From the NCBI GenBank assembly GCA_937960595.1, contig CALGPL010000038.1, positions 107-64,106 of the forward strand: a stretch of DNA of 64,000 bases. Reading direction: 5' to 3'. A program made the position numbers and the translations under genes. The stretch's first letter is position 1. Each line of letters begins with the position of its first letter. The notes under the pieces were generated by a model. That model had not been told where the DNA came from and searched no databases. It saw nothing but the letters and a program-made list of their open reading frames with translations. Positions 13,008 to 22,069 of this stretch are shown piece by piece. The DNA is from an uncultured Anaerolineales bacterium. GTDB taxonomy: Bacteria; Chloroflexota; Anaerolineae; Anaerolineales; Villigracilaceae.

Positions 13008-13149
13008 GACATTATTCAAAGTAAATTTCACCGCCAAGGCACAAAGGTGCCGAGAAGAATTTAGGCTGCCAAGGGCATTTCCCGGTAATTTTTTCGGGCA
13101 TCTTAGCGTTTTTCGCGTCTTGGCGGTGATTACGAAGAAAGTCTATTGA
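13008..13149 (+). repeat. Family A dispersed element, copy 2
   Basis: Near-identical to 4148-4280 over ...gccaagggcatttc.cgg...ggcatcttagcgtt.ttcgcgtcttggcggtgattacgaagaaag. The inner arms caccgccaaggcac / gcgtcttggcggtg are inverted repeats. Confidence 0.85.
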
Positions 13150-13162
13150 ATTCGAAACGGTT

Positions 13163-13714
13163 CTATCTTTTCACCGCGGCTGCGGCGGCAAAACCGGCTT
13201 CGAGCGCTTTGCGGTTCATCTCCTCGGTGCCGCGCGGGGCGCGGGCAGCGACCGCCTTCTCGATGTCCTGACGGGAGACGATGCCCGTCAGGCCGACCAG
13301 CACGCCCAGGGCTACAGTGTTGGCCGTGATTTGCCGCCCGGTCGTCTCGAAGGCCAGGTGGGTGATCGGAATGCGGATAGCCTTGTCATCCGCCTCTTTG
13401 ACTTTGTCGGCGTCTACGATCAAGAGGCCGTCGGGCTTGACCTCTTTGTGGAATTTGTGATAAGCCTCCCGGCTAAGCGCCACCAGGACATCGGCCTCGA
13501 TCACCTCGGGGTGGTCAATTTCGCCGTTCGAGATGATCACTTCCGACTTGCTCGCCCCGCCGCGCGCTTCGGGGCCGTAGGATTGACTCTGGACCACGTT
13601 CTTGCCGGCGTAGATCGAGGCGGCTTCGGCCAGGATGATGCCGGCCAGGATCATGCCCTGCCCGCCCTCGCCGGCCAGACGGATTTCGGTGCGGTCTGCG
13701 AGTGCGTCGGTCAT
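13163..13714 (-). CDS. korC: 2-oxoacid:ferredoxin oxidoreductase gamma subunit (2-oxoglutarate type likely)
   Basis: 183 aa, with GEGGQGMILAGIILAEAA typical of OFOR gamma. It is the last gene in a delta-alpha-beta-gamma order, as in oorDABC/korDABG. Confidence 0.85.
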   Translation of the reverse strand: MTDALADRTEIRLAGEGGQGMILAGIILAEAASIYAGKNVVQSQSYGPEARGGASKSEVIISNGEIDHPEVIEADVLVALSREAYHKFHKEVKPDGLLIVDADKVKEADDKAIRIPITHLAFETTGRQITANTVALGVLVGLTGIVSRQDIEKAVAARAPRGTEEMNRKALEAGFAAAAAVKR

Positions 13715-14613
13715 GGTTGGCCTCCCTGAACGCGGGTGATGAGATGGGCGTAGGCAGCCGTGTATTGCGGCCGTTCGACATCCAGGAATTTGCCGCGGAC
13801 GATTTTGGCGTTGGCGGCCTGTTCCTCGGGGGCGAGACGTTCATAAGCGCTCTGCGCGATGGTGTTGTCCTTGAGGGCGCGCATCATGTCGGCGGCGGTG
13901 CCGAGTCGGTTCAAGCGCCCGTAGGTGGTGTGACAGTATGAAACGGCTTCGACCACACTGAAGCCGTCTTTGGCGATGGCTTCGGCCAGGAACTTGTCCA
14001 GTTCGAGGGCGTGGTAGACGGTGGAGCGGGCCACGTAGGTGGCGCCGGCCGCGATGGCCAGTTCGCAGATCGGGAAGGGCGGCTCGATGTTGCCATAGGG
14101 GGCGGTGGTGGCCCGTTTTCCGATCGGCGTCGTCGGGCTGTACTGACCGCCGGTCATGCCGTAGATGGCGTTGTTGACTACCAGGGCGGTGATGCCCAGG
14201 TTGCGCCGGGCAGCGTGGATGAAGTGATTGCCGCCGATTGCCAGCGCGTCGCCGTCGCCCATGATGGCGATGACTTTTAGGTCGGGGCGGGCGATTTTCA
14301 GGCCGGTGGCAAAGGCCAGGGCACGGCCGTGGGTGGTGTGCAGGGTGTTGAAGTCCATGTAAACCGGCATGCGCGCCGTGCAGCCGATTCCGGAGACGAG
14401 CGCCACCTCATCGTTGCTCAGGCCGAGGTGATCGATGGCGCGAATCAGCGCCCCCATGACCACCCCAATGCCGCAGCCCGAACACCAGATAGTGGGAAAT
14501 TTCTTGTTCTTGCGCAGTTTCTGCAGGGTTTCGCTGCGGTTGAACCAGTCGGCCTGTGGGATGAGGGCCTCGCCTTCTTCGAGTTCGTGGGCTTCGAGAA
14601 TATGATCGTCCAT
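13711..14613 (-). CDS. korB: 2-oxoacid:ferredoxin oxidoreductase beta subunit (TPP-binding)
   Basis: WCSGCGIG and IMGDGDALAIGGNHFIHAARRN (TPP motif). The stop overlaps the gamma subunit start. Confidence 0.9.
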   Translation of the reverse strand: MDDHILEAHELEEGEALIPQADWFNRSETLQKLRKNKKFPTIWCSGCGIGVVMGALIRAIDHLGLSNDEVALVSGIGCTARMPVYMDFNTLHTTHGRALAFATGLKIARPDLKVIAIMGDGDALAIGGNHFIHAARRNLGITALVVNNAIYGMTGGQYSPTTPIGKRATTAPYGNIEPPFPICELAIAAGATYVARSTVYHALELDKFLAEAIAKDGFSVVEAVSYCHTTYGRLNRLGTAADMMRALKDNTIAQSAYERLAPEEQAANAKIVRGKFLDVERPQYTAAYAHLITRVQGGQP

Positions 14614-14619
14614 TTTTTG

Positions 14620-15735
14620 TTAGCCCTCCATTGCGTCGAGGATCATCTGGGGGGTGACCATCTCACCGTTGGCGCGGGTGACGCGCACGACTTTCTTGCG
14701 CCCGACGACGCGCTCGACCTCGTAGGCCAACTGGCCGAGATTCATTTCCGCGACGATGACCCGGTCAACCCGCTCGCCGAAGGCCTCGACCTGCTTTTCG
14801 GGAAACGGCCAGAGGGTGAAGAGGGTCAGCAGGTCGACTTTTTCGCCGCGGGCGCGGGCAATCTTCAGGGCATGGCGGGCGGCGCGGGCCGTGCAGCCAT
14901 ACGAGAGCAGGCCAACCCGAGCGCCCTCCTGAGCATCCTCGGCCACCAGGGCGATCTCATCAAGGTGTTTGTCCAATTTGGTGTTGATGCGCTCGAGCCA
15001 TGGATCGATCTCGTCCATGCGCTGGGTCGGAAAGCCGAATTCATCGTGCAGCAAACCGGTGACATGATAACGATAACCCTGACCGAACGGCACCAGCGGG
15101 GGGACGCCGTCGGCAGTGTTGCGGAAGGCCTTGTACTCCTCCGGCGGTTCGGTCACCTCGTGTTCGAAGGTCCGAATGGCGCTGAAATCGGGCAATTCGA
15201 CCGGTTCGCGCATGTGACCGATCACCTCGTCGGTCAGGAGGATGACCGGCGTGCGGTAACGCTCGGCCATGTCGAAGGCTGTGATCGTCAGATCGAAGGC
15301 TTGCCGCACCGAGATGGGGGCCAGGGCGATGATCGGGTGATCGCCGTGCGTACCCCAGCGGGCCTGCATCACGTCGCCCTGCGAGGGGGCCGTCGGCTGG
15401 CCGGTCGAGGGGCCGAGGCGTTGCACATCCACCACCACGCACGGAATCTCCGCGATCGCAGCATAGCCGATGTTCTCTTGCATCAGCGAGAAACCGGGGC
15501 CGCTGGTGGCGGTCATGGATTTCAGGCCGCCCAGCCGCGCCCCGATGATGGCGGCCATGCTGGCAATTTCATCTTCCATTTGGATGAATTTGCCGCCCGC
15601 CTTGGGCAATTCACGGGACAGGATTTCGGCAATTTCGGTGGAGGGCGTGATTGGGTAACCGGCATAGAAACGGCAACCGGCGGCAATGGCGCCCCAGCCG
15701 ATGGCTTCGTTGCCTTGCATCAGTTGGACGGTCAT
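14620..15735 (-). CDS. korA: 2-oxoacid:ferredoxin oxidoreductase alpha subunit
   Basis: MQGNEAIGWGAIAAGCRFYAGYPITPSTEI...QMEDEIASMAAIIGA...TATSGPGFSLMQE...VDVQRLGPSTGQPT. Confidence 0.92.
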   Translation of the reverse strand: MTVQLMQGNEAIGWGAIAAGCRFYAGYPITPSTEIAEILSRELPKAGGKFIQMEDEIASMAAIIGARLGGLKSMTATSGPGFSLMQENIGYAAIAEIPCVVVDVQRLGPSTGQPTAPSQGDVMQARWGTHGDHPIIALAPISVRQAFDLTITAFDMAERYRTPVILLTDEVIGHMREPVELPDFSAIRTFEHEVTEPPEEYKAFRNTADGVPPLVPFGQGYRYHVTGLLHDEFGFPTQRMDEIDPWLERINTKLDKHLDEIALVAEDAQEGARVGLLSYGCTARAARHALKIARARGEKVDLLTLFTLWPFPEKQVEAFGERVDRVIVAEMNLGQLAYEVERVVGRKKVVRVTRANGEMVTPQMILDAMEG

Positions 15736-15744
15736 GCGCGCCTC

Positions 15745-16011
15745 CTATTCCAGCCGCCGCACCACGATTGCCAGATCGGGGCAGTGAGTGTCGCAGAAAT
15801 GACAGGCGGTGCACTTTTCCGGAGCGACGACGCGCGGATGGTCTTCGTCCGGTTCCATCGCCAGAACTTTGGTCGGGCAGAATTCGACGCAAATGTGGCA
15901 GCCTTTGCACCATTTGGCATAGATGATGACTTCGCCGCGCGGCCCTTTACGGGGCGCGGCAGGCGCGGGCGCAGTCTGCGTCTCGCCTGTAATAACAGGG
16001 GTTTCGGGCAT
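15745..16011 (-). CDS. korD: OFOR delta subunit, 2x[4Fe-4S] ferredoxin
   Basis: Two motifs, CKGCHICVEFCP and CTACHFCDTHCP. The start is taken at MPETPV (cat at 16009-16011). The longer ORF upstream is non-coding. Confidence 0.85.
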   Translation of the reverse strand: MPETPVITGETQTAPAPAAPRKGPRGEVIIYAKWCKGCHICVEFCPTKVLAMEPDEDHPRVVAPEKCTACHFCDTHCPDLAIVVRRLE

Positions 16012-16177
16012 GAAGCACCTTTCGAGCGAAATCGATAAGTCAGACAATTTTCGGCCTGATTGTAGCCGAATTTTCGCCCGCTTGCCAGGCGATAAAATTC
16101 CTAATTTTCGAGTAACATCCATCCGTCTCTTTTCGGGGGGGAACGAGGTGGTTATAATCGAAAAAGGAGGTGACACC

Positions 16178-16558
16178 ATGTACATTCAAAAAGACGACTG
16201 GAAGAAAGAAAAGCATATGCCGGTGATCGAGGCCCCGGCCCAGGTGACGGCCGGCGAGCCGTTTCAGGTCAAGGTCAGCATCGGCAAAGAGATCCCCCAT
16301 CCCAACACCACTGAGCACCACATCGCCTGGATCGATTTGTATTTTCATCCCGAAGGCGGGAAATTCCCCCACCAGGTGGGGCATTTTGCCTTTACCGCCC
16401 ATGGCGAGGCGGTGGCGGGACCCAATACCGGCCCGGCGTACACCGAACCTGCCCTGACCCTGACGGTCAAGGTCAACAAAGCGGGCGTCTTCCATGCTCT
16501 GGCGATGTGCAACATTCATGGGCTGTGGGAGAGCGAGCAGGCGGTCGCGGTTGCATAG
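16178..16558 (+). CDS. Superoxide reductase (neelaredoxin / 1Fe-SOR type)
   Basis: The sequence is MYIQKDDWKKEKHMPVIE...HPNTTEHHIAWIDLYF...CNIHGLWE, with the His/Cys ligand pattern of SOR centre II. A GGAGG SD lies at 16166. Confidence 0.88.
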   Translation: MYIQKDDWKKEKHMPVIEAPAQVTAGEPFQVKVSIGKEIPHPNTTEHHIAWIDLYFHPEGGKFPHQVGHFAFTAHGEAVAGPNTGPAYTEPALTLTVKVNKAGVFHALAMCNIHGLWESEQAVAVA

Positions 16559-16573
16559 TCCCAAGAGGAAGCA

Positions 16574-16605
16574 AGGGACCGGCCTGGCCGGGAGGGCCGG
16601 TCTCT
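16574..16605 (+). terminator. Hairpin downstream of the SOR gene
   Basis: agggaccggcc...ggccggtctct forms a stem. No clear U-tract follows. Confidence 0.35.
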
Positions 16606-16649
16606 GAAGCGAATTTGTTCGGCCGTCCTCGCTGGTGGAGACGGAGAGC

Positions 16650-16673
16650 CGTGGACGCGAAAACGCGTCCTGG
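16650..16673 (-). terminator. Rho-independent terminator of the tRNA-Ser pair
   Basis: On the minus strand the hairpin cgcgtcc-tttcca-ggacgcg is followed by UUUU (plus-strand aaaa at 16650-16653). Confidence 0.6.
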
Positions 16674-16690
16674 AAAGGACGCGGTTTCGC

Positions 16691-16784
16691 TGGCGGGGAG
16701 GGCGGGATTCGAACCCGCGACTGAGGTTCAAGCCCCAGTACTCACTTAGCAGGCGAGCCCAATCGGCCTCTCTGGCACCTCCCC
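16691..16784 (-). tRNA. tRNA-Ser (anticodon GCT), CCA encoded
   Basis: The reverse complement reads ggggaggtgccagagaggccgattggg ctcgc-ct-GCT-aa-gtgag, then a long variable arm, gcgggttcgaatcccgc, and cctcccc-g-cca. Confidence 0.9.
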
Positions 16785-16856
16785 AGATTAGTTGTCAATG
16801 GATGATTGCCGACCGCCTTCAAAATCAGCACTCATCAACCTGCACTCCCTCCGCAG

Positions 16857-16941
16857 CGGAGGGAGTGGGATTCGAACCCACGGTGGCTTGCGCCACGACG
16901 GTTTTCAAGACCGTTGCCTTCAACCGCTCGGCCATCCCTCC
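16857..16941 (-). tRNA. tRNA-Ser (anticodon TGA), CCA not encoded
   Basis: The reverse complement reads ggagggatggccgagcggttgaaggca acggt-ct-TGA-aa-accgt, then a long variable arm, gtgggttcgaatcccac, and tccctcc-g, followed by ctg. Confidence 0.9.
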
Positions 16942-16952
16942 GGGCGGGGGAG

Positions 16953-16961
16953 ATTTTACCA
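16953..16961 (-). promoter_or_regulatory. Candidate extended -10 promoter (TGGTAAAAT) for the tRNA-Ser pair
   Basis: The minus strand reads tggtaaaat, 11 nt upstream of the mature 5-prime end of tRNA-Ser(TGA). Confidence 0.4.
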
Positions 16962-17073
16962 TAGATTACAGCCCGAATTCCCACAAATTGCTTATTGAGA
17001 CGGCTTTCAGGTCAAAAACATCAAACCGGCTAAAATATCCTGCATCAACGAGATCCTGCGAGAGGTAAATCTC

Positions 17074-17844
17074 ATGATTCGAAAAGTGACGCTTGCTCTG
17101 CTTGTCCTGTACGCTGCGTTGACGATGCTGCCGTTGATCGGCCTGGTCATTGGAAGCGGGCCGATGGGCTTCATGACTCCGGTCACCACGCTGGTCGGAT
17201 TGACCTTCGCGCTGCTGCACGCCGGCCAACGCCTGGGCTGGCGGCGCGCCCTGTTGCTGCTCGGCTCGGTCTTCCTTGTCAGCCTGGCCTTTGAATCGGT
17301 CGGGGTGGCCACCGGCTGGGTCTACGGTCCCTATCATTACACCGACAAACTCGGGCCGCGCTTCCTGGGGTTGGTTCCCTATTTGATCCCGGCCGCCTGG
17401 TTCATGATGAGTTATCCGTCCTTCGTCATCGCCGACTGGCTGGTGCCGACCGGCTGGCAGCGCGCCGCGCGGCTGATCGGCGTGGCAGCCGTCGGCGGGC
17501 TGGCGATGACCGCCTGGGACGTGATCATGGATCCGCTCATGGTGGCCGGGGGGCACTGGGTCTGGGAGGTGGAAGGGGCTTACTTCGGCATCCCGCTGCA
17601 GAACTTCTGGGGCTGGTGGCTGACGGTTTTCACCTCCTTCGCTGTTTATTTGCTGCTGGCCGGAAAGGGTTCCCGCCCGGCAGCGGCCGGATTCGACCGC
17701 CTGGCCGTCTTGGGCTACCTGGTCACCGCCGGCGGCGTCATCAGCGTCGCCCTGGTCGCCGGCGCCGGCGGGTTGGCGCTGGTCGGTGTCTTCGCCATGA
17801 CGCCCTGGTTCGTGGCCGGCTGGCTGCGGACGGGCGAGGCTTGA
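17074..17844 (+). CDS. Polytopic membrane protein of the carotenoid-biosynthesis (DUF422/CruF-like) family
   Basis: ESVGVATGWVYGPYHYTDKLGP...PAAWFMM...WDVIMDPLMV...WVWE..G.YFGIP.QNF.GWW resembles PF04240-type proteins. Confidence 0.65.
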   Translation: MIRKVTLALLVLYAALTMLPLIGLVIGSGPMGFMTPVTTLVGLTFALLHAGQRLGWRRALLLLGSVFLVSLAFESVGVATGWVYGPYHYTDKLGPRFLGLVPYLIPAAWFMMSYPSFVIADWLVPTGWQRAARLIGVAAVGGLAMTAWDVIMDPLMVAGGHWVWEVEGAYFGIPLQNFWGWWLTVFTSFAVYLLLAGKGSRPAAAGFDRLAVLGYLVTAGGVISVALVAGAGGLALVGVFAMTPWFVAGWLRTGEA

Positions 17845-17852
17845 GCAAAACG

Positions 17853-17890
17853 AAACGTCCCGCCTCGACCTGCCGGGGCGGGACGTTTTG
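17853..17890. terminator. Bidirectional hairpin between convergent genes
   Basis: aaacgtcccgcc-(12 nt)-ggcgggacgttt forms a 12-bp stem flanked by a/t runs. Confidence 0.6.
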
Positions 17891-17906
17891 ATTCTCGCTC
17901 TGGCCT

Positions 17907-18527
17907 TCACTTCGCCAGCAGATCTGCCAACACCTTGCCGGAATCCTTCTCGACGACCTCGTGCAGCGATTGGCCGTGAGCATCCATGGTGACCACGACC
18001 GGGAAATCGCGCACCCGAATGACCCAGATTGCTTCCGGGACCCCGAATTCGTATTTATAGACGCCCAGCACCGTTTCGACCGACTGGGCGATGTAAGTGG
18101 CGGCCCCGCCGATGGCGTGGAAGTAGACGAAAGGCACTTCCTGGCAGCCCTGGAGCGTCTTGGCGCCCATGCCGCCTTTGCCGATCACCCCTTTGGCGTT
18201 GAAATGCTTCATCACATCGGCCTGATACGGCTCCTCGCGGATGGACGTGGTCGGCCCGGCAGCCACAAACTTGTACTGCTTGGTGTCCAGGCCGGAGACG
18301 ACCGGGCCGCAATGGTAGATGACGCCGCCGTTCAAGAGCGGCCGGAGCGCTTCGTAAACTTGCAGGTCATCGCCTTGGGGGGCGCGGGTCTTCTTGATAA
18401 AGGTTTCGATCATCCATTTGTGCGCCGCGTCGCGGGCAGTGATCATCACGCCGCTCAAATTGACCGGCTCGCCGACTTTCAGGCTGCGGATGACCTCGTC
18501 GCTGATGGGAATGGTGACTTCACGCAT
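17907..18527 (-). CDS. Fe-S hydro-lyase beta subunit (class I fumarate hydratase / tartrate dehydratase, C-terminal domain type)
   Basis: MREVTIPISDEVIRSLKVGEPVNLSGVMITARDAAHKWM...GPTTS.R....GKGGMG. The start is at cat 18525-18527. Confidence 0.88.
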   Translation of the reverse strand: MREVTIPISDEVIRSLKVGEPVNLSGVMITARDAAHKWMIETFIKKTRAPQGDDLQVYEALRPLLNGGVIYHCGPVVSGLDTKQYKFVAAGPTTSIREEPYQADVMKHFNAKGVIGKGGMGAKTLQGCQEVPFVYFHAIGGAATYIAQSVETVLGVYKYEFGVPEAIWVIRVRDFPVVVTMDAHGQSLHEVVEKDSGKVLADLLAK

Positions 18528-18571
18528 GAGTTCCTCCTGCTCTGGATGAGAGACGGTCGGCCAGATGCGGC

Positions 18572-19444
18572 CTAATCGTAGAGGACCTGTTCGCCCTTGA
18601 CGATCATCTTGCGGCGGCGGTAGGCCCAGCACATGTAAGAGACGGTCACAAAGTACGAGGCGGGCAGACGCGACAGGCCGGTGATCTTGGTGTCGATGAC
18701 CGTGGTGCCGCCCCCGAATCCCATCGGGCCGATGCCCAACCGGTTGGCTTCCTGAGTCAGTTGCTCCTCCAGTTCGGCCAGTTTGGGGTCGGGGTTGCGT
18801 TCGCCGATCTTCTCGAAAAGGACCTCTTTCGATTTGAGGTACCCGCTGCCGCGATCGCCGCCGATCGCCACCCCCAGGATCCCCGGCGCACAGCCCTGAC
18901 CCTGGGCCTTGTGAACCGCGTCCAGGACGGCTTTGCGCACCCCGGACAGGTCGCGGCCGGCTCCCAGACGGTTGTCGGGCAGCGAGTACTGCGCGCCGAC
19001 GTTCTCACAACCGCCGCCCTTGAGCATCAGTTCGATGGTCAGTTCGTCGCCTTCCACTTCCTCGAAGTGAATGTAGGGGAAATCGTCCCCGCCCAGGTTG
19101 TTGCCGCTGTTCTTGTCGTAGACGGCGTCCACCGCGTTCGGGCGCATGTAGGAGCGGGCGGTCGCCTCGGCCAGGGCGGTGCGAATCTGCTCGCGCAGTT
19201 TGCGGGTGCTCCAGCCTTCGGGATGCCGGACGTAAAAGATGGGCGTGCCGGTATCTTGACAGATGGGCGAGGAGTTCTGGCGGGAGAGTTCGACGTTCTT
19301 GAGGATGGTTTCCAACGCGCCGCGGGCTGCTGAGCCGGGCGTTTCCTTCTCGATGGCGGCCCGCAGGCGTTCTTCCACGTCTGCCGGCAGGTCCGAAGAC
19401 GTGCGGCGAATCAGTTCCAGAATTTCCCGGGTAAGATCGCGCAT
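18572..19444 (-). CDS. Fe-S hydro-lyase alpha subunit (class I fumarate hydratase / tartrate dehydratase, N-terminal domain type)
   Basis: PICQDTGTPIF, LKGGGCENV, GILGVAIGG and PASYFVTVSYMCWA motifs. The start is at MRDLT. Confidence 0.88.
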   Translation of the reverse strand: MRDLTREILELIRRTSSDLPADVEERLRAAIEKETPGSAARGALETILKNVELSRQNSSPICQDTGTPIFYVRHPEGWSTRKLREQIRTALAEATARSYMRPNAVDAVYDKNSGNNLGGDDFPYIHFEEVEGDELTIELMLKGGGCENVGAQYSLPDNRLGAGRDLSGVRKAVLDAVHKAQGQGCAPGILGVAIGGDRGSGYLKSKEVLFEKIGERNPDPKLAELEEQLTQEANRLGIGPMGFGGGTTVIDTKITGLSRLPASYFVTVSYMCWAYRRRKMIVKGEQVLYD

Positions 19445-19701
19445 TTTGCCTCCTTGCACAAAGAAATGAACCCGTTGCCTAGATCATACCCGAAATTGCA
19501 AAAATCTGCATATAAAAAATACGAGCCTTCGAGAGTTCCTGGTCGGGGAATGCCGGCATTCGGGCCGAGTCCTTGGAAGCCGACTTTGTGGCCGGTGGCA
19601 TGACAAAAAGATCGCAATGTAGGCAATCACCAAAAACCTCTCTATTTTCAGAAATCTGACTTGGGTGTATACTCATCTCGATTTTCTTGACGGAGGTGAA
19701 C

Positions 19702-20607
19702 ATGAAGCGCGCAGTCAGTATCAGTCTGGGGTCCTCCAAGCGCAACAAGGCGGTCGAAGTGACTTTGCTGGGAGAAAAAGTCAGCATCGAACGCATCGGC
19801 ACCGACGGCGATATGGAGGCCGCGGCGCTCAAATACAAAGAACTGGACGGCCAGGTGGATGCCTTTGGCGTCGGCGGGGCGGATCTCGGCCTGTTGGTAG
19901 ATACCAAATGGTATCCGCTCTACTCGGTCAAGCGGATGGTGCGTTTTGTCGAAAAGACGCCCATCGTAGACGGCACCGGGCTGAAGATCACCCTCGAGAA
20001 GAAGGCCGCGCCCTTCCTGGACGCCCACATCAAGGATTACATCGACCAACGGGGCCGCAAGGCTTTCATCATGACCGGCGCCGACCGCTGGGGCCTGACC
20101 CGCAGTTTCCTGGACGCCGGTTACGAATGCGTCTTTGGCGATATGATGTTCTCGCTGGGCATTCCCATTCCCGTCCACACCGACCGCGCCTTGAAGATTC
20201 TGGCGGCGATTCTGATGCCGATTGCCGGGCGGCTGCCGTTCGAGTGGGTCTACCCGGTTGGCGAGAAACAAGAGGAGCGAAAGCCAAAGCATGCCAAGTA
20301 TTTCCACTGGGCTACGGTGGTGGCAGGCGATTGCCATTACATCAAACGTTACATGCCCGAGGACATGCGCGGCAAAGTGGTGGTCACCAACACGACCACG
20401 GCGGAAGATGTCGAACTCTTCCGCAAGTGCGGCGTCAAATATCTGGTCACGGCCACCCCGGTCATCGAGGGGCGTTCCTTCGGCACGAACATGATGGAGG
20501 CGGCGCTGATCGCCGTCTCGGGCAAGGGCCGCGCCCTGACCCATGCCGAATACGAGGAACTTCTAGATCGACTCGGCTTCGAGCCGCAACTCCAGGAATT
20601 GAACTAA
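19702..20607 (+). CDS. Conserved protein of the family often annotated quinate/shikimate 5-dehydrogenase-like. Function unknown.
   Basis: 301 aa with a GGAGG SD before the ATG at 19702. MKRAVSISLGSSKRNKAVEVTLLGEKVSIERIGTDGDMEAA...GVGGADL resembles that family as I remember it. Confidence 0.75.
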   Translation: MKRAVSISLGSSKRNKAVEVTLLGEKVSIERIGTDGDMEAAALKYKELDGQVDAFGVGGADLGLLVDTKWYPLYSVKRMVRFVEKTPIVDGTGLKITLEKKAAPFLDAHIKDYIDQRGRKAFIMTGADRWGLTRSFLDAGYECVFGDMMFSLGIPIPVHTDRALKILAAILMPIAGRLPFEWVYPVGEKQEERKPKHAKYFHWATVVAGDCHYIKRYMPEDMRGKVVVTNTTTAEDVELFRKCGVKYLVTATPVIEGRSFGTNMMEAALIAVSGKGRALTHAEYEELLDRLGFEPQLQELN

Positions 20608-20642
20608 TCCATTTCTGCACAACCCATCGAGGAGGAACGATT

Positions 20643-21545
20643 ATGGATGCCATTGTAACTGCCGGCGGGATTCCGCTGGCCAACGAACCGCTCTACGCTG
20701 AAACTCGCGGCGATTCCAAGGCCTTGCTGGATATTGCCGGCAAGCCCATGGTTCAGTGGATCCTGGATGCTCTGTCCAAGGCCAAGACGATCGAAAACGT
20801 GGTTGTGGTCGGCCTGACGCCCAAACTGGGCCTGACCTGCGCCAAGCCGATGTATTTCGTCCCCAACCAGGGCAAGATGCTGGAGAACTTCCGGGCCGGG
20901 ATTCAGAAGTCGTTGGAGGTCAACCCGCAGGCCAGCCATGTCTTGTTCGTTTCGGCCGATATTCCGGCCATCACGCCTGAGATGGTTGACTGGGTCGTCG
21001 AGACGGCCATGGAAACCGACGACGATATTTACTACAACGTCATCGAGCGTTCGGTGATGGAAAAACGCTTCCCCGGCTGCAAACGCACGTGGACGAAACT
21101 CAAGGACATGGAAGTCTGCGGCGGGGATATGAACGTCGTGCGCTCCAGCCGCGTCCTGGACGAAGACGATCCGCTCTGGCGCAAGATTTCCGACGCGCGC
21201 AAGAGTCCGCTCAAGCAGGCCAGCCTGATCGGTCTCGGTACGGCCTTCAAGTTCCTGTTCGGCCAACTGACGCTCGAGGAGGCCGAGAGGCGGGTGGAGG
21301 AGAAACTCGGCATTGAGGGCCGGGTCATCGTCTGCCCGTACGCGGAGGTCGGCATGGATGTGGACAAGCCCATCCATCTCGAAGTGATCCGCAAGGATTT
21401 CAAGAAGCGCCTGCGCAAGGCCCAGAAGAAAGAGCAACAAGGCCAGGCCGCCCCCAAAGGCAGCAAAACCGCCAAGGGGAAACCGGCCCGGCCGGGCGCG
21501 CCGGCAGCCGGGCGCGGTTCTGCCAAGAAGCCCGTCAAGAAGTGA
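20643..21545 (+). CDS. MobA-like NTP-transferase domain protein with a basic Lys/Ala/Pro-rich C-terminal tail
   Basis: MDAIVTAGGIPLANEPLY...KALLDIAGKPMVQWILDAL is a nucleotidyltransferase N-terminus, and the tail reads KKRLRKAQKKEQQGQAAPKGSKTAKGKPARPGAPAAGRGSAKKPVKK. It occupies only the last 300 codons of the 19665 ORF. Confidence 0.8.
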   Translation: MDAIVTAGGIPLANEPLYAETRGDSKALLDIAGKPMVQWILDALSKAKTIENVVVVGLTPKLGLTCAKPMYFVPNQGKMLENFRAGIQKSLEVNPQASHVLFVSADIPAITPEMVDWVVETAMETDDDIYYNVIERSVMEKRFPGCKRTWTKLKDMEVCGGDMNVVRSSRVLDEDDPLWRKISDARKSPLKQASLIGLGTAFKFLFGQLTLEEAERRVEEKLGIEGRVIVCPYAEVGMDVDKPIHLEVIRKDFKKRLRKAQKKEQQGQAAPKGSKTAKGKPARPGAPAAGRGSAKKPVKK

Positions 21546-22054
21546 CACTGCAACGCTTGCTCGACCTGGACGCTCGACTTTCCGCACGTCTGCGGGTGGC
21601 CGAGCGTCCGGGCATCTTACGCACGACGGCGATTTTCCTGGCCCATTCGGGGGATTCGTGGTTCTGGTGGGCGGCGCTGGCCTGGCTGGTCTGGCGCGGC
21701 GACGCTTTCTGGCGTCCCTGGGCGCTGACGATGCTGGTCAGCATCCTTGCCCTGGCCGCCGTCGTCCTGGTGACCAAGTTCTCGATCCGGCGGCGCAGGC
21801 CGGAGGGGGAGTGGGGCCGCTTCTATCGCAGCACCGATCCGCATTCTTTTCCCTCCGGGCACGCGGCGCGCGCCATTTTGATTGCCGTCCTGGCCGTTGG
21901 GATGGGGCCTGCCTGGCTGGCGGCGATTTTGTGCCTCTGGGCGCCGCTGGTCTGCCTGGCGCGGGTGGCGATGGGGGTGCATTATCTTTCCGACATCCTC
22001 GCCGGCGCCCTGATCGGCGCGCTGGCGGGCGCGGTCGTCCTGATGGTGCGCTGA
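21542..22054 (+). CDS. PAP2-family membrane phosphatase
   Basis: KFSIRRRRP...PSGHAARA...GVHYLSDILAG matches the three PAP2 motifs. The GTG start overlaps the upstream stop (GTGA). Confidence 0.85.
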   Translation: MTLQRLLDLDARLSARLRVAERPGILRTTAIFLAHSGDSWFWWAALAWLVWRGDAFWRPWALTMLVSILALAAVVLVTKFSIRRRRPEGEWGRFYRSTDPHSFPSGHAARAILIAVLAVGMGPAWLAAILCLWAPLVCLARVAMGVHYLSDILAGALIGALAGAVVLMVR

Positions 22055-22069
22055 ATCGCGGCTTGATAG

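Noticed and set aside
13163-16011. Whether the four-subunit OFOR is pyruvate:ferredoxin oxidoreductase.
   Set aside because: Subunit sizes (371/300/183/88 aa), the delta-alpha-beta-gamma order and the alpha-subunit motif pattern fit Kor/Oor-type enzymes better. Substrate specificity cannot be fixed from sequence alone, so the call keeps the generic 2-oxoacid wording.
19665-21545. A 626-aa ORF that appears to fuse the region of the 19702-20607 gene with the nucleotidyltransferase.
   Set aside because: The first 326 codons are an out-of-frame overlap with the well-formed 19702-20607 gene and read as Arg/Gly-rich noise. A GGAGG SD precedes the ATG at 20643, where the NTP-transferase homology begins.
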